Position numbers and translations under genes: made by a program
Origin: an uncultured Gaiellaceae bacterium
GTDB lineage: Bacteria; Actinomycetota; Thermoleophilia; Gaiellales; Gaiellaceae
DNA: 64,000 nt
Direction of reading: 5' to 3'
Assembly: GCA_963731615.1 (NCBI GenBank)
Contig: CAVSWD010000005.1
Coordinates: forward strand, 218,203 to 282,202
Shown here: piece by piece, positions 45,382-57,317 of the stretch
Layout: the number at the start of each line of letters is the position of its first letter
Numbering within the stretch: position 1 is the first letter of the stretch
Notes under the pieces: generated by a model
What the model was told of the DNA's origin: nothing
Databases searched by the model: none
Seen by the model: only the letters and a program-made list of their open reading frames with translations

Positions 45382-47640
45382 CTACGGCGTGCCGTCGCCT
45401 GGGCAGGGTGTGACGAGGAACCTCGCATCCTCGGGCTTGGGCTGCTTCTGGCCAGCGTCGGCTCCGAGACTCGAGTATTCGTCAACGAAGACGTCCGACT
45501 GCTCGCAGATGGGGTTGCGCCCCGCCTGCGGCCCGGCTCCGCCGGCCGGCCCACCGGACGAGCGGCCGTTGCGCGCGTCCGTCCAGTAGCCGTAGGCCTT
45601 CGAGTCGTTCGGCGTCACGGCGACGTTGTTGTAGTCGCCCGCGAAGATCCCGGCCCGGAACGTGTAGTCGAAGTTCGACGGCACGTCCTGGATTCCGAAG
45701 TTGTGCAGGCTCCCAAGGAACGTGGGGCCTTGACCCGGAACCGGATCCGCACCGGGGTCGACCGGGGCGGTCGGCTGAGCGACCGTCACCGCACCCGGCG
45801 CCAGGCACTCGCGCGAGTTCGCGTTCTTGACCTCGCACTGCGCCCCCCACGTCCAGACGAGGTAGTTCCCCGGGCTGCCGATCGGCGCAGCGCGGCTCGT
45901 CGGCCACTCGCCGAGGACGGAGTTCACGTCCAGCCGGCGGTCGTGGAAGATGATGTTCAGGTGCCCGAAGTCGTTGATATCGACCCACGGCCACCACTGG
46001 TCGGCACCGAAGCTGCCGTCGCACGGCCCCGAGAACGGGTTCGCACTGGTACCGCCGAAGCCGATCGACCCGGGAGGCCGCAGGCAGTCGCGGCCGCTCC
46101 CGAACCCGAACTGATCCGGGCCCGCAGTCAGCTGCGACCGGTCGTTGTTCACCCGTGTCGGCCCGATCCACGTCGAGCCGCCGTCCAGCGACTTGAACAG
46201 GAAGATGTCGGCGTTCGAGCTGTAGACCGTTCCGTTGCGGTTGTCCGAGAAGACCATGTACAGGTCGTCTGCGAACGCACCGCCACGGCGATCGGCGACG
46301 ACATTGCCGCCGGCGTTGGAGCGGAAGCAGGTGTTCGTGTAGACGATTCGACTTTGCTGCTGACCACGAGCTGCACAATCCACACGGCCGCTGACGTTCG
46401 AGCGCGGGAAGTTGACGTCGTAGACCGGCGTGATGAAGAACGGACCCTGGTAGGTGTTGCCACCATCCTGCGAGCGAACCGCAAGGTACTGGTTCTCATC
46501 CGGCGTGTTGAAGTTCTCGAAGACGACATAGAGGTGCCCCGTCTGGGGACTCACCGTCGGCGTCGAGAACTGGTTCGAGTCGCAGTTGTTCGCGACTCCG
46601 AAGGCGCAGAACGCCGCGCTGCCGCTGATCACCTTCGGCTGCGACCACGAGCGAGCCTGGTCGTCGGAGTGGCTTTCCATGATGTTCGACGTCGTCGCGG
46701 TGAACCTCGTCCATGTCACGTAGACGCGGTCCGGGCTGATCGGCCGCGAGCCGCAGGGTGTCACCGCGTGTGCGGCGTCGTAGCACACCGGCGCAACGCC
46801 TGCCGGGCGCGGACCTGCGGCGATGTACTCCTTGTCCTCGAACGGAACGCTGCTGTTGATGAGGACGTCGTTGTCGCGGTTGAACGCGATGACGCCGTCC
46901 CCCGGCATGCGCGGATCGCCCGGGCCGCCGCACGCCGGCGTCGTGACCGGGTCGACGATGCAGGCGCGGCTCCACGTGTAGCCGCCGTTCGTCGACCGCT
47001 GCACCGTGATGCCGTTGGTGTCGTCGTCGCGGTTGAACGCGATCTGAGCGTAGTAGACGACGCCGGCGCGGTCGAAGACGATCGCCGGGTCGCCGCCGCT
47101 GACGAGGAACCCTTGCGTGGCGCCCGGGCCGGGAGCCGGACCGTTGGCCGGATTCACGGACGGGAACGGGATGATCCCGCTGTACCACGTCTGGCCGTTG
47201 TCGTTGCTGGCCGAGAAGCCGGACGAGCCGGTACCGAGACGGTAGTCGTTTGCCCCGGCGACGATGTTCTTCTCGGCGCCCTTGGCCGGGTTCGTGTCGA
47301 TGCTCGTCTCGTTCTGCGGGAAGCAGCTGTACTCCTCGTTCGTGCGCCGGTCGTCGCCTCCCTGTGAGTACTGCTCGACCGAATCCTTGGTGCGGCGGTC
47401 GAATGGCTCGCCGAAGAGCTTCTTGAGTCCGGCCTGCGGGCACTCGGTGAGCCCGGTGCCGAAATTGAAGTCCTTGAAGTCGTAGATGCCGGATGACGGC
47501 GCCGTCGGCGGCGCGGTGCCGGGCGTGTACTTCGGCACCGGGTCACCCGGGCTCTCGGCGGTCTGCGCGAAGCCGCCACCAGAGCTCAGTCCGATCGCGG
47601 CGGTCGCCGCGAGCGCAAGCATTACGAGCAAGCGCTTCAT
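45382..47640 (-). CDS. Secreted BNR-repeat (sialidase-like beta-propeller) protein
   Basis: 752 aa intact; signal MKRLLVMLALAATAAIG; BNR motifs SNDNGQTW, STNGGYTW, SDDQARSW, SQDGGNTY, SLDGGSTW. Confidence 0.8.
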   Translation of the reverse strand: MKRLLVMLALAATAAIGLSSGGGFAQTAESPGDPVPKYTPGTAPPTAPSSGIYDFKDFNFGTGLTECPQAGLKKLFGEPFDRRTKDSVEQYSQGGDDRRTNEEYSCFPQNETSIDTNPAKGAEKNIVAGANDYRLGTGSSGFSASNDNGQTWYSGIIPFPSVNPANGPAPGPGATQGFLVSGGDPAIVFDRAGVVYYAQIAFNRDDDTNGITVQRSTNGGYTWSRACIVDPVTTPACGGPGDPRMPGDGVIAFNRDNDVLINSSVPFEDKEYIAAGPRPAGVAPVCYDAAHAVTPCGSRPISPDRVYVTWTRFTATTSNIMESHSDDQARSWSQPKVISGSAAFCAFGVANNCDSNQFSTPTVSPQTGHLYVVFENFNTPDENQYLAVRSQDGGNTYQGPFFITPVYDVNFPRSNVSGRVDCAARGQQQSRIVYTNTCFRSNAGGNVVADRRGGAFADDLYMVFSDNRNGTVYSSNADIFLFKSLDGGSTWIGPTRVNNDRSQLTAGPDQFGFGSGRDCLRPPGSIGFGGTSANPFSGPCDGSFGADQWWPWVDINDFGHLNIIFHDRRLDVNSVLGEWPTSRAAPIGSPGNYLVWTWGAQCEVKNANSRECLAPGAVTVAQPTAPVDPGADPVPGQGPTFLGSLHNFGIQDVPSNFDYTFRAGIFAGDYNNVAVTPNDSKAYGYWTDARNGRSSGGPAGGAGPQAGRNPICEQSDVFVDEYSSLGADAGQKQPKPEDARFLVTPCPGDGTP

Positions 47641-47734
47641 CGATCCCCCTCTCTTGGTCCCGGAACCCCCTGCTCCAGGAGATGCGGGACCATAAACCGA
47701 CTCGGTGCAATCATGCGGCGGTAACCGAAGCCGC

Positions 47735-48321
47735 CTAGTTACCAGCGTCTTCGAGGCGCTGCTGCTGCCTCCGCGCCAACGCCTCGACGTCTGCCGGCGC
47801 GAGTTTTCCCGAGAAGCCGTTCGCCGTCACGGCAGCGACGACGTTCCGCTCGCGCCAGACGATCGTCACCGTTGCGAGCTCGCCGGGCTCGCTGGAGGCC
47901 GCCAGCAGGCGCGCGTCTTCACCGAGCTCGACAGCTTCGACCGGCTGCGACGAGGTGGCGCTCTGCTCGAGAGCGTCGACCGCGGCGTCGAAGTCCTGCT
48001 CGGCGCCGGACACTGCGGCGAACAGATCGGCCCGCGACTCGACCACGAGCGGGCCCGCGGTCGCCGCCGATCCGGGGCGCCGATACCGTGCCTTCCAGCC
48101 GCCCTGGCGGTCGAACCGCGCTGCGTCGGCCCGCGGCCCCGGCGGCGCGTCCGCGCGTAGCTGGCGCCCCTCGTCGAACTGAGCCCACCCCTGCGCGAGG
48201 TCGGCGGGCTTGAGCACGAGCTGCGGCAGCTGCGACTCCCTGCAGGAGCTGCTCGTCGTCGCCGGCGCAGCCCGCGCCAACGCTCGCGACGAGCAAGAAC
48301 AGCGTTACGAGCCGGAGCGCG

Positions 48322-48338
<17 letters not shown>
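47735..48338 (-). CDS. Lipoprotein, unknown function; frameshift near 48240
   Basis: ...LVTLFLLVASVGAGC lipobox piece joins ...ESQLPQLVLKPADLAQGWAQFDEG.... Confidence 0.5.
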
Positions 48339-49662
<1,324 letters not shown>

Positions 49663-49673
49663 GGGGAAGCAGT

Positions 49674-50492
49674 CTACCCGGGGTCGAACGCTGTTCTCAG
49701 CGCGTCGGCAGGCGCACCGCGCTCGCTGTAGCGGGACGTCCCCTCGTCGCGGAGCTCCTCTCCGCCGGTGAGCAGAGCGCCGTAGGCGGCGTTTGCAAGC
49801 GCACCTCCGGTGGAGACACGCCGGACGCCCGTTGCGGCGAGCTCGGAGACGTTCGGACCGTTCGGCAACGCGAGCACGTTCACCGGGATGCCGACCTCCT
49901 CGACGACCCTCGAGATCGAGGCGAGATCGGCGAGGCCGGGCGCGTAGACGACGTCTGCGCCGGCGTCCCGGTAGGCGAGCAGTCGCGCGATCGTGTCGTC
50001 GAGGTCATGGATCCCGTGGAGGTGGTTCTCCGCCCGGGCGGTGAGGACGAGCGACGTCGCCTCGGCGGCGACCGCGACGCGCTCGGCAGCGGCCTCGATC
50101 GCGACGATCGCATCCGTCGCCGGGTCGTAATCCTCGATCGAGCAGCCGGCTGCACCGGCCTCGGCGAGCATGCGTACGGTCTCCGCGACGCCGCCAGGCT
50201 CGTCGGGGAAGCAGCGCTCGCTGTCGACGTTGAGCGGCAGCGGTGTCACGGCGGCGAGCTGCCCCACGTGCGCAAGGAGCTCGTCCCGCGTCACCTGCAT
50301 GTCGAGCTTGCCGAGCGACCAGGCGAGACCGGCGCTCGTCGTCGCGAGCGCCTCGAACCCCAGCGACGCGAGCAGCTTCGCCGAGCCGACGTCCCACGGG
50401 TTCGGCATCACGAAGATCCCGTCGCGATGAAGCTCTCGAAAGCGTTCCACCGCGGCCACGTGAAAGAGGCTACCTCTCCACGCCCCCGACAC
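49674..50492 (-). CDS. Isocitrate lyase / PEP mutase family protein
   Basis: MPNPWDVGSAKL...GCSIED.... Confidence 0.85.
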   Translation of the reverse strand: MSGAWRGSLFHVAAVERFRELHRDGIFVMPNPWDVGSAKLLASLGFEALATTSAGLAWSLGKLDMQVTRDELLAHVGQLAAVTPLPLNVDSERCFPDEPGGVAETVRMLAEAGAAGCSIEDYDPATDAIVAIEAAAERVAVAAEATSLVLTARAENHLHGIHDLDDTIARLLAYRDAGADVVYAPGLADLASISRVVEEVGIPVNVLALPNGPNVSELAATGVRRVSTGGALANAAYGALLTGGEELRDEGTSRYSERGAPADALRTAFDPG

Positions 50493-50531
50493 TGAATCCG
50501 CCGCCGAAGGCGGCCCTTCAGGGGTTTGCGC

Positions 50532-50563
50532 GACCTGGGATCCGCTCCTGCGGATCCCAGGTC
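50532..50563 (-). terminator. 14-bp-stem hairpin GACCTGGGATCCGC-TCCT-GCGGATCCCAGGTC downstream of tRNA-Phe
   Basis: Perfect inverted repeat read directly. Confidence 0.55.
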
Positions 50564-50579
50564 ATGCGACGGCAAGACA

Positions 50580-50652
50580 TGGCGAGAGCCGGACTTGAAC
50601 CGGCGACACCACGGTTTTCAGCCGTGTGCTCTACCAACTGAGCTACCTCGCC
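50580..50652 (-). tRNA. tRNA-Phe (GAA)
   Basis: GGCGAGGTAGCTCAGTTGGTAGAGCACACGGCTGAAAACCGTGGTGTCGCCGGTTCAAGTCCGGCTCTCGCCA folds as a cloverleaf; CCA is not encoded. Confidence 0.9.
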
Positions 50653-50689
50653 TCGGGGCCGAGGGATTGTAGCGAGTAGGTTTTCCGCC

Positions 50690-51592
50690 GTGGCTGCAGG
50701 CAAGCAGGTCGCGATCATCGGCGCGGCTCTCGACCTCGGCGCCGGCCGGCGCGGCGTCGACATGGGGCCATCCGCGATCCGGTATGCCGGATTGCACGAG
50801 CGGCTGACCGCGATCGGCTACGACTGCCTCGACTGGGGCGACGTCGAGACGGCCGTGCTCGAGGCGACGCAGGTGACGGACGAGAGCGCCCGCTACCTGC
50901 CCGAGATCAAGGCTGCGTGCGGCCGCGTCGCGCGCCTGGTCGGACTGGCGCTGGAGCAGAACGCCCTTCCGCTCGTGCTGGGCGGCGACCACTCGGTCGC
51001 GCTCGGCACGCTCGGCGGGCTGGCTCAGGCGAGCGGCATCGGTGGAGTGCTCTGGATCGATGCGCACGGTGACCTGAACACACCCGAGTCCTCACCGACC
51101 GGCAACGTGCACGGGATGCCGCTCGCGGCCGCGATCGGTCTCGGCGACGAGCGCTTCGACAGCGACCTGTGGACGCTGCCCGCCGTCGACCCCAACCGCG
51201 TCGCCCTCGTCGGCCTCCGCTCGACCGACTCCCGCGAGCGCCAGCGGATCCGCGAGCTCGGGATCAAGGCGTACACGATGAGCGACATCGACCGGATCGG
51301 GATCGAGCGGGCGGTCCGCGAGTCGCTGACGCACATCGCCGGGCCGGGCTTCGTGCACGTCTCGCTGGACATGGACGCGCTCGATCCGGAGGTCGCGCCA
51401 GGCGTCGGCACGCCGATCCGGGGCGGCCTGTCCTACCGGGAGGCGCACCTCGCGCTCGAGCTCGTGGCGGAATCGGGGCTCGCCGGGTCGCTCGAGGTGG
51501 TCGAGGTGAACCCGATCCTCGACCGCGAGAACGCGACCGCCTCACTCGCCGTCGAGCTCGTCGCCAGCGCGCTCGGCAAGACGATCCTCTAG
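50690..51592 (+). CDS. rocF: Arginase
   Basis: GGDHS, DAHGDLNTP, SLDMDALDP metal-binding motifs. Confidence 0.9.
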   Translation: MAAGKQVAIIGAALDLGAGRRGVDMGPSAIRYAGLHERLTAIGYDCLDWGDVETAVLEATQVTDESARYLPEIKAACGRVARLVGLALEQNALPLVLGGDHSVALGTLGGLAQASGIGGVLWIDAHGDLNTPESSPTGNVHGMPLAAAIGLGDERFDSDLWTLPAVDPNRVALVGLRSTDSRERQRIRELGIKAYTMSDIDRIGIERAVRESLTHIAGPGFVHVSLDMDALDPEVAPGVGTPIRGGLSYREAHLALELVAESGLAGSLEVVEVNPILDRENATASLAVELVASALGKTIL

Positions 51593-52383
51593 CGGGCGCT
51601 CGTCACGAGCGCGAGGCCGGGCAGCACGTAGCCGCTCTCCGTCCGGTACGGCTCGAGCCGGGCCTCTGCGGCACCGTCGACCTCCACTCGCGTGGCGTCG
51701 TCGAGCGTCGCCAGCAGCTCCCGCAGCGAGGACGCGAGCTTCGGAACGACGCTGCGATACTCGGCCCAGTCGGCGAACCGGAACTCGAGCTCCACCTCCT
51801 CGACCGCGACCTCGTCGAAGCCGGCTCCACGCACGAGCGGCTCGATCTGGTCACGCTCCGCGAGAGCGAACTGACCGGGCTCTCCGGGCACCGGCGGCTC
51901 CTGCAATCCGCGTTCGAGCAGCACCGGCCCGTAGGCAGTCGCCCAGGGATTGCGCCTGGCGGGAGCCCAGGTCGCGAACGCCAGCCGGCCCTGCGGACGG
52001 AGGACGCGGCGGGTCTCGCTCAGGGCGAGTGCCGGATCGGGCACGAGCATGTAGCCGAAGCGCGAGACGACTCCGTCGACGCTCCCGTCCGGCAGGTCGA
52101 TCGCCTGCATGTCCATCGCCCGGTGCTCGGCATTCGGGATCCGGAGCCGCGCCGCCGCCTCGACCATCGCAGGCGACAGGTCGGTCGAGATCACGGTCGC
52201 GACGCGGGGGGCGAGCGCCTCGGTGAGGTCACCGGTGCCGCTCGCGAGCTCGAGCACCGTGTCTCCGGGCTGCGGCGAGAGCGCCTCGACGAGCGCCGTC
52301 GTGACCGGCGCGTTGGCGACAGCGAGCCGCTCGCGCTCGGCCTCCCACGGCTGCGGCCGCGGCGTCCCACCGCCGCCTGACAT
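51589..52383 (-). CDS. Class I SAM-dependent methyltransferase
   Basis: VLELASGTGDLT motif I. Confidence 0.8.
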   Translation of the reverse strand: MSGGGGTPRPQPWEAERERLAVANAPVTTALVEALSPQPGDTVLELASGTGDLTEALAPRVATVISTDLSPAMVEAAARLRIPNAEHRAMDMQAIDLPDGSVDGVVSRFGYMLVPDPALALSETRRVLRPQGRLAFATWAPARRNPWATAYGPVLLERGLQEPPVPGEPGQFALAERDQIEPLVRGAGFDEVAVEEVELEFRFADWAEYRSVVPKLASSLRELLATLDDATRVEVDGAAEARLEPYRTESGYVLPGLALVTSAR

Positions 52384-52395
52384 CGTCCGTCGTCG

Positions 52396-53415
52396 CTACG
52401 CGGCAACCCCGCTGAACTGCGGCAGGATGTCGCGACCGTATGTCTCGAGGATCTCTTCCTGGCCGTGGGTCATCAGGTAGATGTTGAACTGGTCGACGCC
52501 GATCGACTCGAGCTCGCGCAGCTTCGCGATCGCCTGCTCGGTGGTGCCGAGGACGCAGAAGCGGTCGCAGATCTCGTCGGTGACGAACTCGCCGTGCTTG
52601 GCGCCGACGCGGGAGTGCTCGTTGTAGTCGTAGAACTTGCGCGCCTCGACGTAGTCGGTGAGCACCTGGGGCACGACGGAGCCGTCGGTGCCGTAGCGGT
52701 CGATCAGGTCCTGGACGTGGTTCGAGACCATCGCCGGGAACCAGCGCACCTGCTCGCGCGCGTCGGCGAGGTCGTCCGAGATGTGGCTCGGCGCGCTGAC
52801 GATGCACTTGAGCGCTGCCGGGTCGCGTCCCGCCTCCTCGGCCGCCGCGCGGGCGGTGTCCATGATCCACTGGATGATGTCCGGGTCGGCGAGCTGGATG
52901 ATGACGCCGTCGCCCTGCCGGCCGGCGACCGCCAGCGCCTTGGGGCCGTAGCCGGCGACGTGCATCTCGATCTCGGGCAGCTCCGGCCGCACCCACTTGA
53001 GCTGCAGCTCCTTGTCGTTCCAGAGCACCTCCTTACCGTTCATGAACGGCTTCACCATCTTCAGCGCTTCCTCGAAGTCGGCGACCTTCATCGGCTTGCG
53101 GCCGACGTAGCGCACCGACGAGTCGCCTCGCCCGACGCCCATGATCATGCGGCCGTTCGAGATGTCCTGGAGCGTGGCGTACGCGCTCGCGAGCACCGTC
53201 GGGTCGCGGATGGCCGGGTTCGTGACCATGTGGCCGAGCTTGATCGTCGAGGTCTGGTCGGCGAGGAGCGCCATCACCGGCATCGACTCCTGCCAGAGCA
53301 CGTGCGAATCGTAGGTCCAGCCGTACTCGAAGCCCTGCGACTCGGCGAGCTTCGTCAGCTCGATCAGGCGCTGGTACGGCGGGTCGGGCAGGACGGTGAC
53401 GCCGAAGCTGAGCAA
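52396..53415 (-). CDS. LLM-class (F420-dependent) oxidoreductase
   Basis: ...MIMGVGRGDSS..., ...HVAGYGPKAL.... TTG start chosen at 53415. Confidence 0.8.
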   Translation of the reverse strand: MLSFGVTVLPDPPYQRLIELTKLAESQGFEYGWTYDSHVLWQESMPVMALLADQTSTIKLGHMVTNPAIRDPTVLASAYATLQDISNGRMIMGVGRGDSSVRYVGRKPMKVADFEEALKMVKPFMNGKEVLWNDKELQLKWVRPELPEIEMHVAGYGPKALAVAGRQGDGVIIQLADPDIIQWIMDTARAAAEEAGRDPAALKCIVSAPSHISDDLADAREQVRWFPAMVSNHVQDLIDRYGTDGSVVPQVLTDYVEARKFYDYNEHSRVGAKHGEFVTDEICDRFCVLGTTEQAIAKLRELESIGVDQFNIYLMTHGQEEILETYGRDILPQFSGVAA

Positions 53416-53491
53416 TTCAGAACCCCCGGACTCGGGTGCAGGGAAAGAGGCATTCTCGCGCGAATCCCCGCGCGTCGCAATGTCGCTGCTG

Positions 53492-54732
53492 CTACGCGAC
53501 GCGGAGCCAGGCAAGCGTCTTCGTCGCCAACCGGTCGAGCGCCTGCACGGCCAGCTCGAGGTGCTCCGGCTTCGTGTCCTCGAGCTTCGTGTGGCTGAGG
53601 CCGCGGAGGCTCTGGACGAAGACCATCACGGTGGGCACGCCTGCGCGTGAGACCTCGGCTGCGTCGTGGAGCGGGCCGCTCGGGAGCCGGTGCGAGGTGC
53701 CTGCGATCTCGCGAATCGACTCGTCCGCGAAGCCGATCAGCGTCTCGTCGAAGAGGATCGGCTCGATCTGCCAGATCCGCTCGTACTCGACCTCGATCTT
53801 CTCCTCCTGCGCGAAGCGCTCGCATGCCGCGCGCACCTGCTCCCACATCGAGGCGAGCTTCGCAGCGTCGAGATGGCGCATGTCGAGCAGCTGCTCGGCC
53901 GTCTCGACGACCGACGTGACGATCCCGGGCTTGCAGGTGACGCCGCCGCTCGTGAGGACGGCGCCGTCGCCGACACGCGCTGCGATCACGCGCAGCTCGA
54001 GCGCGAGCTTCGCCGCTCCGGCGAGGGCATCGCGGCGCTGATCCATCGGCGTCGAGCCGGCGTGCGCGGCCTGGCCGCGCCAGGTGATCCGGTGGCGCTC
54101 GACCCCGAAAGTCCCGAGCACGGCGCCGAGCGGGAGATCCATCGACTCGAGCACCGGCCCCTGCTCGATGTGCAGCTCCAGGTAGGCGGCGGCGGTCTCG
54201 AGCTGGGAGCGAGCCTCGAGCGCGCGATCGAGGTCGACGCCGTGCTCGCGGAGCGCGTCCGGCAGCGAGACGCCGTCGCGGTCGGCAAGCTCCCGAAGCT
54301 CGTCCTGGTCGGCCATCGAGCCTGCAGCGGCCGACGAGCCGAACAGGGAGCGGCCGAAGCGGGCGCCTTCCTCGTCGGCCCAGTTGACGAGCCGAACGGT
54401 CACGGGCGGCGTGCCCTCCTCGGCGATCCGCCGCACACCTCGACCGCGGCAACGACGTTGAGGCAGCCGTCGAGCCAGCCGCCGTTCGGAACGGAATCGA
54501 TGTGCCCGCCCAGCAGGACCGCGCGCTCCGAGTCCCCGCGGAGCGTCCACCACTGGTTGCCGGCCTCGTCGACCTCGTACCCGAGCGGCAGGCCCTCGAG
54601 CTTGGTCACGAGCCACGCCTGTGCGGCCACCCAGGTGGGCGTCCAGGCGACTCGCTGCGCGCCGTTCTCGTCGCCGGTCAGCTCGCGCAGCTCGCGCAGC
54701 TCCTCGACGGCGCGTGACGGGTCGAGCGGCAT
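53492..54732 (-). CDS. M20 family N-carbamoyl-amino-acid / beta-ureidopropionase-type amidohydrolase; frameshift near 54437
   Basis: GGHIDSVPNGGWLDGCLNVVAAVEV|RRIAEEG...NWADEEGARFG, ELHIEQGP, AHAGSTPM, GPLHDA. Confidence 0.85.
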
Positions 54733-54798
54733 CGCGCGCAGCCTACGCAACCGCTTGGACCCTTTTCAAAGGAAGCCGTGTCGTGTTACAGATGAGCG

Positions 54799-55689
54799 GT
54801 GCACGCGGAGGCTGCCGAGGAGTTCGCGCTGCATGCCGACGAGCGGCGTGCGTGGCCGTCCAACCTCCTCAAGCGCGTCGGCCTGACGCTGATCGTCCTC
54901 GCCGCGCTCTGGGCACTCTGGGAGGGCTATCGCGCGATCTGGATGGCGACCGGCTGGACGCGCCCGTTCACCGTCGACGACCTGACCATGCCGCCGATGG
55001 CCGACATCGTCAGCCGCCTCTGGGAGCCGCTCGCGGAAGGGCAGCCGCCCCTGATCCGCGACCTCGTCGACAAGGCGGTGTTCACGATGCGCGAGGCGAT
55101 CGCCGGCTTCCTGCTCGGCGGCGTGATCGGCTTCACGATCGGCGTCGTCCTGCACCAGTCGCGGCTGCTGCGGCGCGGCTTCCTGCCCTACGTGGTCGCC
55201 TCGCAGACCGTCCCGATCCTGGCGATCGCGCCGATGGTCGTGATCTGGCTCGGCGGCAAGGGCCTGCCGATCTGGATGCCGGTCGCCGTGATCGCGGCCT
55301 ACCTCACGTTCTTCCCGGTCGCGATCAACACGCTCCGCGGGCTCGACTCGGCCGAGCCGCAGGCGCTCGAGCTGATGCGCTCGTACGCGGCCTCTTCGTG
55401 GGACGTGCTCTGGAAAGTCAAGTTCCCTTCCTCGCTGCCCTACATCTTCACGGCCCTGAAGATCTCGGCGACCGCGTCGGTCGTCGGCGCGATCATCGGC
55501 GAGCTGCCGTCGTCGATCCAGGACGGGCTGGGCGGAGCGATCCTGAACTTCAACCAGTACTACTCGCTCGACCCGGCCGCGCTCTGGGCGACGAACATCG
55601 TCGCAGCGGTACTCGGGATCGCCTTCTTCGGCGCGGTGGTGCTCGCCGAGCACCTCGTCGTCCGCCGGGCACCGGAGCACGTCGCATGA
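54799..55689 (+). CDS. ABC transporter permease (NitT/TauT-type)
   Basis: 296 aa polytopic; the EAA-loop region is present. Confidence 0.85.
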   Translation: MHAEAAEEFALHADERRAWPSNLLKRVGLTLIVLAALWALWEGYRAIWMATGWTRPFTVDDLTMPPMADIVSRLWEPLAEGQPPLIRDLVDKAVFTMREAIAGFLLGGVIGFTIGVVLHQSRLLRRGFLPYVVASQTVPILAIAPMVVIWLGGKGLPIWMPVAVIAAYLTFFPVAINTLRGLDSAEPQALELMRSYAASSWDVLWKVKFPSSLPYIFTALKISATASVVGAIIGELPSSIQDGLGGAILNFNQYYSLDPAALWATNIVAAVLGIAFFGAVVLAEHLVVRRAPEHVA

Positions 55690-56468
55690 CCGAAGCGGCT
55701 GCAGTCACGATCGCGGGGGTCACGAAGACGTTCGGCAAGGGCGGCACGACCGCCTTGCAGGACATCGAGCTCGAGATCCAGCCCGGCGAGTTCGTCTCGC
55801 TGATCGGGCCGTCCGGCTGCGGCAAGTCGACGCTCCTGCGAACGATCGGGGATCTTGTCGAGCCGACGGCCGGCAGCGTGCTGGTCGGCGGCAAGTCCGC
55901 GCACCGGGCCCGGCTCGACCGCGACTACGGGATGGTGTTTCAGGAAGCGGTGCTCTACGACTGGCGCACCGTCGCGAAGAACATCGCGCTGCCGCTCGAG
56001 CTCGCCGGCTGGGAGCGCGCGCGCCGTGCCGAGCGGGTGAAGGAGATGGTCGACCTCGTCGAGCTGTCCGGCTTCGAGAGCCACTATCCCTGGCAGCTCT
56101 CGGGCGGGATGCAGATGCGGGTCGCGATCGCCCGCGCGCTCTCCTTCGACCCGAAGCTGCTGCTGATGGACGAGCCGTTCGGCGCGCTCGACGAGATGAC
56201 GCGAGAGCGGCTGAATCTCGAGCTGCTGCGGATCTGGGAAGCGAGCGGCTCGACCGTCGTCTTCGTCACCCACTCGATCACCGAGGCCGTGTTCCTCTCG
56301 ACACGCGTCGTCGTGATGAGCCCTCGACCCGGACGGATCGCCGGCCTGGTCGAGATCGACCTCCCGCAGCCGCGCACGAACGACACACGCGAGGAGCCGC
56401 GCTTCTTCGAGCTTGCGACCGAGCTCCGCGAGCTGCTGCGCGGACGCGCCCCGGAGGAAGTGCACTGA
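55686..56468 (+). CDS. ABC transporter ATP-binding protein
   Basis: GPSGCGKST, LSGGMQMRVAIARAL, LLLMDEPFGALD. Confidence 0.9.
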   Translation: MTEAAAVTIAGVTKTFGKGGTTALQDIELEIQPGEFVSLIGPSGCGKSTLLRTIGDLVEPTAGSVLVGGKSAHRARLDRDYGMVFQEAVLYDWRTVAKNIALPLELAGWERARRAERVKEMVDLVELSGFESHYPWQLSGGMQMRVAIARALSFDPKLLLMDEPFGALDEMTRERLNLELLRIWEASGSTVVFVTHSITEAVFLSTRVVVMSPRPGRIAGLVEIDLPQPRTNDTREEPRFFELATELRELLRGRAPEEVH

Positions 56469-56524
56469 GCACCGTCGTCGTCACCGAGCCCGGCCGGTCG
56501 CTGGCCCGCGGCGTCGGCCGAGGC

Positions 56525-57286
56525 GTGCGCGACTGGGTGCCGGCGCTCGTCGTCCTCGTCGCCGTCCTCGTCGGCTGGGAGCTAGCAATCGACGTCTTCG
56601 ACATCCAGCGCTTCCTGCTCCCGAAGCCGAGCGCGATCGCGGCGCGGTTCTGGGACGAGCGCGAGACGCTCTGGGCCGCGGGCTGGTTCACCTTCCAGGA
56701 GGCCCTGTGGGGCTTCGCCGTCGGCTGCTCGGCGGGCATCCTCGCCGCCCTACTGCTCGCGCGCTTCCGTCCGCTCGGGGCGGCGCTGATGCCGTACTTC
56801 ATCGCCGCGAATGCCGTCCCGATCATCGCCTTCGCGCCGATCGCGATCGCGTGGTTCGGGATCGACAAGGGATCGAAGATCGCGATTGCCGCCGTACTCT
56901 GTTTCTTCCCGGTGCTCGTGAACACGCTCAAAGGGCTGACCTCTGTGCGACCGTCCTCGATCGAGCTGATGCATTCCTACGCAGCCGGCGAGGTGCAGAT
57001 CTTCCGCCGCGTGCGGATCCCGAACTCGCTGCCGTACGTGTTCGCCTCGCTGAAGGTGGCGAGCGTGCTCGCGATGATCGGGGCGATCGTGGGCGAGTAC
57101 TTCGGCGGCTCGCTCACCTCGCTCGGAATCCAGATCAAGAGCGCCGCGGCGCTCTTCAACTTCGAGACAGCCTGGGCGGCGATCGCCGTCGCCTGCATCC
57201 TCGGCATCTCGTTCTACCTCGCGATCTCGCTCGTCGAGCGGCTCGCGATGCGACGGTACCCCTCGGCACCAGAGGTACGGTCATGA
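56525..57286 (+). CDS. ABC transporter permease (NitT/TauT-type)
   Basis: 253 aa polytopic; paralog of 54799..55689. Confidence 0.85.
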   Translation: MRDWVPALVVLVAVLVGWELAIDVFDIQRFLLPKPSAIAARFWDERETLWAAGWFTFQEALWGFAVGCSAGILAALLLARFRPLGAALMPYFIAANAVPIIAFAPIAIAWFGIDKGSKIAIAAVLCFFPVLVNTLKGLTSVRPSSIELMHSYAAGEVQIFRRVRIPNSLPYVFASLKVASVLAMIGAIVGEYFGGSLTSLGIQIKSAAALFNFETAWAAIAVACILGISFYLAISLVERLAMRRYPSAPEVRS

Positions 57287-57317
57287 CCCGACCGGGTTCA
57301 ACGACAAGGAGGGCTCG

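Noticed and set aside
45208-47367. 719-aa ORF on the plus strand
   Set aside because: It is antisense to the intact BNR-repeat exoprotein gene and has shadow-ORF composition.
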